This document shows positions 55,037 to 64,000 of a stretch of 64,000 nucleotides of DNA, piece after piece. The notes under the pieces were generated by a model, which was given only the letters and a program-made list of their open reading frames with translations, was not told the origin of the DNA and made no database searches. A program made the position numbers and the translations under genes. Numbering within the stretch: the stretch's first letter is position 1; every line of letters begins with the position of its first letter. The stretch is from Eledone cirrhosa. Taxonomy: Eukaryota. The stretch spans positions 17,236,001 through 17,300,000 of the forward strand of contig OZ024748.1 of the NCBI GenBank assembly GCA_964016885.1. Direction: 5' to 3'.

Positions 55037-56150
55037 TCAGTTGTTGGTTTTTCACACAAGGAGATCATTTTTATGTATCATATGTTTCTTCTGTGTGATT
55101 TTGATATATCTATATTTGCTCTGACAAGAAGTAATTGTATTTACAAATGTAAAGTCAGCTCAGTTTCTCTCTAATGGTAATAATTAATCTCTTTTAGTAA
55201 GGACCATTCTCTTGGATATCAGAAATACTGTATCATCTAATGGATGATTACACCAGCAGAATGTTGGTAGTGTTTGCATTACTTACATGGAATGGAATGG
55301 TTAGGTTGATGTTGGTACCAATGAAATAAAGAGAATATATATATCTTTGCATCTATATACAAGCTACATTATTTATTAAGCTGTCAAAGAATAGTGCGAG
55401 ACTCAGATGTAGTAAATGTATTGCCTGCAAGGAATCAACAAACACTGCCAAAGAATTATTGCCAAAATATAGTGCAGTGTATTAAAAATGAGTTCTGGAA
55501 TCTTCCAGAGTGTAGATTTAATCTAAATATTTATATCAAGTTGTCTTGTTGCACTTTTCCAAAGAGAAATCTTTCGGTTGAAAAAATCCTAAAACCTCTT
55601 GCTATTTCTAGTATTCTCCTACCAACGTTTAACAGTTAAAGTTGAGGAGGAAATGAAATATATCTGAGCTTACTTATGTTGTTTCCTTATCTTTAACCTA
55701 TATATCATCATCATCATCATCGTCATCATCAGCAGTAGCAGCATCATCACCATTATCATAATCATCATCGTTACCATTGCCACCTTCATCATCATAATCT
55801 TCTTCACCATCCACATCATTATCATCGTAACCATCACCATGGCCATCATAATCACTATCACCATCATCACCATCACCATAATCACCCTCACCATCAATAT
55901 CAACACCACCATCATCGTCAGCAGCATCACTGTTTTCCATCTGTATTCCATGCTGGAAAGGGTTGGATGAATTGTTGTATTCTAAGACTAGAAAGAAAGA
56001 TCAATTCACCACGTCTAGCTCATACGTTCCATTTTTGGTTATCTTCCACAACTAAGTGCCCTTTCTTATCTAATACCAACCACTTTTCAGAGTGTACTAG
56101 GTGCAATTTATCATGGCACCAGCACTGCCACCTTAAAGCATGGACTGGCG

Positions 56151-57043
56151 ACATTTATCATAGCACCAGCACAACCGCTTCACAGAGTGGACTGGGAGCA
56201 TTTTATCATAGCACCAGCACAACTGCTTCACAGAGTGGACTGGGAGCATTTTATCATAGCACCAGCACAACCGCTTCACAGAATGGACTGGGAGCATTTT
56301 ATCATAGCACCAGCACAACTGCTTCACAGAGTGGACTGGGAGCATTTTATCATAGCACCAGCACAACCGCTTCACAGAGTGGACTGGGAGCATTTTATCA
56401 TAGCACCAGCACAACTGCTTCACAGAGTGGACTGGGAGCATTTTATCATAGCACCAGCACAACTGCTTCACAGAGTGGACTGGGAGCATTTTATCATAGC
56501 ACCAGCACAACCGCTTCACAGAGTGGACTGGGAGCATTTTATCATAGCACCAGCACAACTGCTTCACAGAGTGGACTGGGAGCATTTTATCATAGCACCA
56601 GCACAACCGCTTCACAGAGTGGACTGGGAGCATTTTATCATAGCACCAGCACAACTGCTTCACAGAGTGGACTGGGAGCATTTTATCATAGCACCAGCAC
56701 AACCGCTTCACAGAGTGGACTGGGAGCATTTTATCATAGCACCAGCACAACTGCTTCACAGAGTGGACTGGGAGCATTTTATCATAGCACCAGCACAACT
56801 GCTTCACAGAGTGGACTGGGAGCATTTTATCATAGCACCAGCACAACTGCTTCACAGAGTGGACTGGGAGCATTTTATCATAGCACCAGCACAACCACTT
56901 CACAGAGTGGACTGGGAGCATTTTATCATAGCACCAGCACAACTGCTTCACAGAGTGGACTGGGAGCATGTTATCATAGCACCAGCACAACTGCTTCACA
57001 GAGTGGACTGGGAGCATTTTATCATAGCCCCAGCACAACCACA
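56151..57043. repeat. 48-bp minisatellite, about 18.5 near-identical copies
   Basis: Unit cattttatcatagcaccagcacaacYgcttcacagagtggactgggag. Confidence 0.95.
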
Positions 57044-57184
57044 TTTCAACACCAAGGTATTTGCTGTGTATATGCATAATTGTTGTATGGGGAGGTGTAG
57101 TTAGCTCGATAGAAAATCACAACCCAGCCCACTTACATAAAATCCAAAATGTATTCTATTGTGACACCATTTTATTGTGGCAAG

Positions 57185-57845
57185 TCTGCTACAGAAACAT
57201 TGAGCATGCTTTGGTAATCTTACAGCAATGAGGCAATGGGTTGTACACAATGTTTCAAGTGGCACAGGTGCTTCAAAAGCAGAAGAACAGAGCCGCAGCT
57301 CAATCAAAAGCATGCTCATCATTTTCTCAACATCTATGCTATTGTGCATTGAGAATTCGTCCCCCAACACCTGACTGTTAATCAAGAGTTCTACTGTAAT
57401 ATTGTAATGCATTTGAGGGAGGACATTCGGTGAAAGTGACCGAATCTGTGGAGCACAAGGAATTGGATTCTTCAAATGACAATGCACCCTGTCACTGAGC
57501 TCTCCTCACTTGTGAGTTTCTCACCAAAAACAACATTGTATCACTTTCACACCCACCCTATTTGCCAGATTTAGCACCTGCGGACTTCCATCTCTTCTCT
57601 AAGCTGTAAATGCAGCTCAAATGTCACTGTTTTTACACCGTTGCCAAGATCCAGAGCGAATCATAGAAGGTCCTTGACTTGCTTATAGAAAACTAATTCC
57701 AGGCCTGATTCCAAAAGTGGCAGGAATGCTGGGACCAGTGTATTGCTGTACAAGGTGACTATTTCGAAGGAGAAGATGTTAAAACTTAGGTAAATATATT
57801 AATTTTTTTAAAAACATCACTAGTCTCGGAACTTTTTGATACAAC

Positions 57846-57847
<2 letters not shown>
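57185..57847 (+). mobile_element. Decayed, internally deleted mariner transposon
   Basis: Translates TVNQEFYC..NWIL/DNAPCH..HPPYLPDLAPADFHLF with stops and frameshifts. Ends in TIR-like ggaactttttgatacaacctc. Confidence 0.88.
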
Positions 57848-57881
<34 letters not shown>

Positions 57882-57882
<1 letters not shown>

Positions 57883-58219
57883 CATCATCATCATCATCAT
57901 TTTACGTCCGCTTTTCCCTGCTTGCAAGGGTGAGACGGGAACTGATTCTGGCTTGATTTCTACAGCTGGATGCCCTTCCTAACACCAACCTCATTTACAG
58001 TGAGTGCTGGGTGCTTTTTTGCCGTGGCACCTCCACGACCACTTTACAGTGGAATGATAGGGACCCCAGTCCCTATCATCTCATTTCTACAGCTGAGTAA
58101 ACTGGAGCAATGTGAAATAAAGTGTCTTGCTCAAGGAAACAACACATCACCCGGTCTGAGAATTGAACTCACAACCTTTCGATTGCAAGGCCAATGCTCT
58201 AACCACTAAGCCATGTGCC

Positions 58220-58220
<1 letters not shown>
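57882..58220 (-). mobile_element. SINE family A
   Basis: Matches 974-1316. Confidence 0.9.
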
Positions 58221-58307
<87 letters not shown>

Positions 58308-58309
<2 letters not shown>

Positions 58310-58500
58310 AACAAGTATTACCACGACGGCAGAGCTCAAGCCGTTTCGACGGCTAATTCAGTCCAGAATTAGCCGTTGAAACAGCTTGAGCTCTGCCGCT
58401 GGGGTCATACTTGTTCCTATTACCCACTCTACTACCCTAAGTATTGAGTACTTTGGTGCGTTATGGTCCATCTGGTTCCTTACCACATTTCCTTCGTTTT
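58308..58500. mobile_element. Fold-back island (~52-bp arms, 6-nt loop) with an unpaired tail, in (TA)n
   Basis: ggaacaagtatt..gagctcaagccgtttcgacggctaattc / gaattagccgttgaaacagcttgagctc..atacttgttcc. The tail matches 53360-53432. Confidence 0.8.
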
Positions 58501-58545
58501 ATATATATATGTGTGTGTATATATATATATATACACACGTATAAT

Positions 58546-58635
<90 letters not shown>

Positions 58636-58949
58636 CAAATACATATACTAATATATATATATGTGTGTGTGTGTCATCATCATCTATATATTCACCTCCA
58701 AAGTGAGATGACTCAGGAGTTAATAAAAGTAATTACTTCTGTTAAACAGATATTGTTGTGTTGTTAGTAGACTGTGAAGTGTCTGGGAGTTAATGGGGTT
58801 GATACTGATACACACACTGATACACACACACACACACTCACACACACACTCACACACACTCACTCAAACACACACATATATATATATATATACATATATA
58901 TACAACACACACGTCACAAACATGATACACACATAATACAAAACATGGT

Positions 58950-59928
58950 CTCTCTTTTCCTTTCTGTCTCTCTCTCCCCCTCCCCCTCCCTCACCCCCCT
59001 CACCCCTCTCTCTCCTTCCCTCTGTTTCTCCCCCACTCTCCCTCACTCTCCCCCACTCTCCCTCTCTCTCCTTCTCCCATTTTCTCTCTCTCTCTCCCTC
59101 TCTCTTTCTCCCACTCTCTCCCACTCTCTCCCTCTCTCTTTCTCCCTCTCTCTCTCCCTCTCTCTCTCTCTGTTTCTCCCACTCTCTCTCTCTGTTTCTC
59201 CCACTCTCTCTCTCTCTCTTTCTCCCACTCTCTCTCTGTTTCTCCCACTCTCTCTCTGTTTCTCCCACTTTCTCTCCCCCTCTCTCTCCCTCCCACTTTC
59301 TCTTCCTCTCTCCCTCCCACTCTCTCCCCCACCCCCACTCTCTCCTCCATCTCTTTCCATCTCTCTCTCTCTCTCTCCTATATAATATAGCCTCATTATT
59401 GCTACTTTATATCATTCCTTCTTTCTCTTCCTTATTTATTTCATTACTGTTGTTGTTAGTGTTATTTATGTTGTTGTTATTGTTGGTGGTGGTGGTGGTG
59501 GTGTTATTGTTATTGTTTTTATTCTTTATTTCTTCATTATTTATTGAAATATTGTTTATTGGTCAGTGGTAGGTTTTTTTTTATTTTTATTTTTCCTCCG
59601 TTTCTTAATAAAATTACAATTTTGAAAATGCAAAGATAAATGTAGCAATATATGTGTGTGTGTATATATATATATGTGTGTGTGTGTGTATATATATGTG
59701 TGTGGGAACATATGTGTGTGTGTGTATGAACATATGTATGTGTGTGTGTGTGTGTATGAACATATGTATGTATGTGTGTGTGTATGAACATATGGATGTA
59801 TGTGTGCGAGTGTACATATGTATATATGTGTGTGTGTACGTGTGTGTGTATGAACATATGTATGTATGCATGTATGTACATATGTATATATGTATGTATG
59901 TGTGTGTGTGTATGAACATGTGTGTGTG

Positions 59929-59968
<40 letters not shown>

Positions 59969-60040
59969 GTGTGTGTGTATGAACATATAAATGTGTGTAT
60001 GAACATATAAATATACATAATGTGTGTATGAACATATGCG
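58950..60040. repeat. CT-rich and TG/TA-rich microsatellite tracts
   Basis: Directly visible. Confidence 0.88.
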
Positions 60041-60373
60041 TGCTTAAAATAAATTAAAATAAAGAAATTCATGAAAATAAATCAATAGAATTCCTTAGGG
60101 AGAGAGAAATAGAAAGAAATAGATTGATAACTAAATTAAATTATTTTAGTTTTTCCTACGATATCATTCATAAGATATTTAGCTTTGATCAGGTTGATAA
60201 ATCACAGATTGTTTGATGAAGGTTTCAGTAGATTGGAGTCATGTTCTTCCAGCTGTCCTGCATATATAACTGGTATTTGTGGTATTTAGTGCCATAAGCT
60301 ATAGCTTGTTTAGCTTATAGGTAAGTTCAGCACTGAAGACGACCAAGGGGGACAAAGGTAGAAGTTGAAAAAC

Positions 60374-61520
60374 ACTGTACTGTACTGAAGAAGGTTGTAC
60401 TGGACTTTACTGGAGTTGTACTGTACTGAAGAAGACTGTACTGTACTGAAGAAGGTTGTACTGGACTTTACTGGAGTTGTACTGTACTGAAGAAGGCTGT
60501 ACTGTAGTTTACTGGAGTTGTACTGTACTGTACTGAAGAAGGTTGTACTGTACTTTACTGGAGTTGTACTGTACTGAAGAAGGCTGTACTGTACTGAAGA
60601 AGGTTGTACTGTACTTTACTGGAGTTGTACTGTACTGAAGAAGACTGTACTGTACTGAAGAAGGTTGTACTGGACTTTACTGGAGTTGTACTGTACTGAA
60701 GAAGGCTGTACTGTAGTTTACTGGAGTTGTACTGTACTGTACTGAAGAAGGTTGTACTGTACTTTACTGGAGTTGTACTGTACTGAAGAAGGCTGTACTG
60801 TACTGAAGAAGGTTGTACTGTACTTTACTGGAGTTGTACTGTACTGAAGAAGACTGTACTGTACTGAAGAAGGTTGTACTGTACTTTACTGGAGTTGTAC
60901 TGTACTGAAGAAGACTGTACTGTACTGAAGAAGGTTGTACTGTACTTTACTGGAGTTGTACTGTACTGAAGAAGACTATACTGTACTGAAGAAAACTATA
61001 CTGTACTGAAGAAGACTATACTGTACTGAAGAAGACTCTACTGTACTGAAGAAGGCTGTACTGTACTTTACTGGAGTTGTACTGTACTGAAGAAGACTGT
61101 ACTGTACTGAAGAAGGTTGTACTGTCCTTTACTGGAGTTGTACTGTACTGAAGAAGGTTGTACTGTACTTTACTGGAGTTGTACTGTACGGAAGAAGGCT
61201 GTACTGTACTTTACCGGAGCTGTACTGTACTGAAGAAGACTGTACTGTACTGAAGAAGGCTGTACTGTACTTTACTGGAGTTGTACTCTACTGAAAAAGA
61301 CTGTACTGTACTGAAGAAGACTGTACTGTACTTTACTGGAGTTGTATTGTACTGAAGAAGACTGTACTGTACTTTACTGGAGTTGTACTCTACTGAAAAA
61401 GACTGTACTGTACTGAAGAAGACTGTACTGTACTTTACTGGAGTTGTATTGCACTGAAGAAGACTGTACTGTACTTTACTGGAGTTGTACTCTACTGAAA
61501 AAGACTGTACTGTACTGAAG
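60374..61520. repeat. Modular satellite built from ctgta, ctgaagaag and ctttactggagttgta blocks
   Basis: Directly visible, with variable module order. Confidence 0.93.
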
Positions 61521-61814
61521 TTTTACTGAACTGGCAGATGTACAATGATGTTGATGGTAGTGAATGTGTTCAAATCTAGATGATATATAACCGAAGATGG
61601 TCTAAACACAAATCATTCAGTACCCTATGACAAACCTCATTTATATATTTTACAATGGTATAATCAGGTTTCTGCCTGCTACTGGTACCATGTAACCCAC
61701 TACAACATGGTTGAGTGATCAGCAACTAAATAGGCATTCCCCACCAAACCCTGGGCTGGTCAGGGCAGGCTTCTGTCTGCTACTGATACCCTGTAAACCA
61801 GTACAGTGTGGGGT

Positions 61815-64000
61815 CCTCCAACATCAGTGGGAAGGCCCTGGATTGGTTTGGATGGAGGTTAACCAGAGAGGAGTTCCTCCAACAGGAGTGGGAAGGCCCT
61901 GGATTAGTTTGGATGGAGGTCAACCAGGGAGGGGTTCCTCCATCAGGACTGAGAAGGTCCTGGATTGGTTTGGATGGAGGTCAACCAGAGAGGGGTTTCC
62001 TCCAGCAGGACTGAGAAGGTCCTGGATTGGTTTGGATGGAGGTCAACCAGGGAGGGGTTCCTCCAGCAGGACTGAGAAGGTCCTGGATTGGTTTGGATGG
62101 AGGTCAACCAGGGAGGGGTTCCTCCAGCAGGACTGAGAAGGTCCTGGATTTGATTGGATGGAGGTCAACCAGGTAAGGGATCCTCCAACAGGACTGAGAA
62201 GGTCCTGGATTGGTTTGGATGGAGGTCAACCAGAGAGGGGTTTCCTCCAACAGGACTGAGAAGGTCCTGGATTTGATTGGATGGAGGTCAACCAGAGAGG
62301 GTTTCCTCCAACAGGAGTGAGAAGTCGCTGGATTGGTTTGGATGGAGGTCAACCAGGAAAGTATTCCTCCAACAGGACTGAGAAGGTCCTGGATTGGTTT
62401 GGATGGAGGTCAACCAGAGAGGGGTTTCCTCCAACAGGAGTGAGAAGGTCCTGGATTTGATTGGATGGAGGTCAACCAGAGAGGGTTTCCTCCAACAGGA
62501 CTGAGAAGGTCCTGGATTTGATTGGATGGAGGTCAACCAGAGAGGGTTTCCTCCAACATGACTGAGAAGGTCCTGGATTGGATTGGATGGAGGTCAACCA
62601 GAGAGTGTTTCCTCCAACAGGACTGAGAAGGTCCTGGATTTGATTGGATGGAGGTCAACCAGAGAGGGGTTCCTCCAACAGGACTGAGAAGGGATTGGTT
62701 TGGATGGAGGTCAACCAGAGAGGGGTTTCCTCCAACAGGACTGAGAAGGTCCTGGATTTGATTGGATGGAGGTCAACCAGAGAGGGTTTCCTCCAACAGG
62801 ACTGAGAAGGTCCTGGATTGGATTGGATGGAGGTCAACCAGAGAGGGTTTCCTCCAACAGGACTGAGAAGGTCCTGGATTTGATTGGATGGAGGTCAACC
62901 AGAGAGGGGTTTCCTCCAACAGGACTGAGAAGGTCCTGGATTGGTTTGGATGGAGGTCAACCAGGGAGGTATTCCTCCAACAGGACTGAGAAGGTCCTGG
63001 ATTGGTTTGGATGGAGGTCAACCAGAGAGGGGTTTCCTCCAACAGGACTGAGAAGGTCCTCGATTGGTTTGGATGGAGGTCAACCAGGGAGGTATTCCTC
63101 CAACAGGACTGAGAAGGTCCTGGATTGGTTTGGATGGAGGTCAACCAGAGAGGGGTTTCCTCCAACAGGACTGAGAAGGTCCTGGATTGGTTTGGATGGA
63201 GGTCAACCAGAGAGGGGTCTCCTCCAACAGGACTGAGAAGCTCCTGGATGTGTTTGGATGAAGGTCAACCAGGGAGGTATTCCTCCAACAGGACTGAGAA
63301 GATCCTGGATTGGTTTGGATGGAGGTCAACCAGGGAGGTATTCCTCCAACAGGACTGAGAAGGTCCTGGATTGGTTTGGATGGAGGTCAACCAGAGAGGG
63401 GTTCCTCCAACACGACTGAGAAGGTCCTGGATTGGTTTGGATGGAGGTCAACCAGGGAGGTATTCCTCCAACAGGAGGGAGAAGGTCCTGGATTGGTTTG
63501 GATGGAGGTCAACCAGAGAGGGGTTTCCTCCAACAGGACTGAGAAGGTCCTGGATTGGTTTGGATGGAGGTCAACCAGAGAGGGGTTCCTCCAACAGGAC
63601 TGAGAAGGTCCTGGATTGGTTTGGATGGAGGTCAACCAGGGAGGTATTCCTCCAACAGGAGGGAGAAGGTCCTGGATTGGTTTGGATGGAAGTCAACCAG
63701 GGAGGTATTCCTCCAACAGGAGGGAGAAGGTCCTGGATTGGTTTGGATGGAGGTGAACCAGGGAGGTATTCCTCCAACAGGAGGGAGAAGGTCCTGGATT
63801 GGTTTGGATGGAGGTCAACCAGGGAGGTATTCCTCCAACAGGAGTGAGAAGCCCTGGATTGGTTTGGATGGAGGTCAACCAGGGAGGTATTCCTCCAACA
63901 GGAGGGAGAAGCCCTGGATTGGTTTGGATGGAGGTCAACCAGGGAGGTATTCCTCCAACAGGAGGGAGAAGGTCCTGGATTGGTTTGGATGGAGGTGAAC
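61815..64000. repeat. ~60-62-bp minisatellite array, about 35 copies, running off the window end
   Basis: Unit like cctccaacaggactgagaaggtcctggattggtttggatggaggtcaaccagagaggggtt. Length variants break any reading frame. Confidence 0.95.

Noticed and set aside
55670-55951. Asp/Gly-rich or Met-rich ORFs
   Set aside because: Degenerate (CAT)n tail of a reverse RTE-tailed repeat.
55967-57104. 300-370 aa repetitive ORFs, and a superficial CRISPR-like look
   Set aside because: The 48-bp unit is a multiple of three and open in several frames. There are no unique spacers or cas genes. It is a minisatellite.
61711-63998. Multiple short ORFs in the terminal array
   Set aside because: Unit length varies (60-62 bp), so frames shift continually. 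It is satellite DNA.

Overview
AT-rich, repeat-saturated eukaryotic DNA with no convincing host protein-coding gene. It is probably intronic or intergenic animal sequence; the SINE and microsatellite make-up resembles a coleoid cephalopod such as Octopus, which is an inference from recall and not verified. Nearly all listed ORFs are read-throughs of simple repeats. Recognisable content: two decayed Penelope-like retroelements (RT plus GIY-YIG), RTE and R4/Dong-type LINE fragments, mariner/Tc1 remnants, piggyBac-, hAT- and Tc1-type MITEs, many copies of two main tRNA-derived SINE groups, and several minisatellites, some of which arose inside transposons. The most notable signal is a dense set of short ORF-less islands embedded in (TA)n tracts. 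Many are fold-back palindromes (arms about 23-193 bp) and many carry minimal type I hammerhead ribozyme motifs (CUGANGA...GAAA-N-palindromic loop-N'-UH, closed by a complementary stem I). At least six have an intact core. One lies in the 3' region of a Penelope-like element in this window, which ties the system to Penelope retrotransposition. All folds were done by eye and coordinates of decayed elements are approximate.
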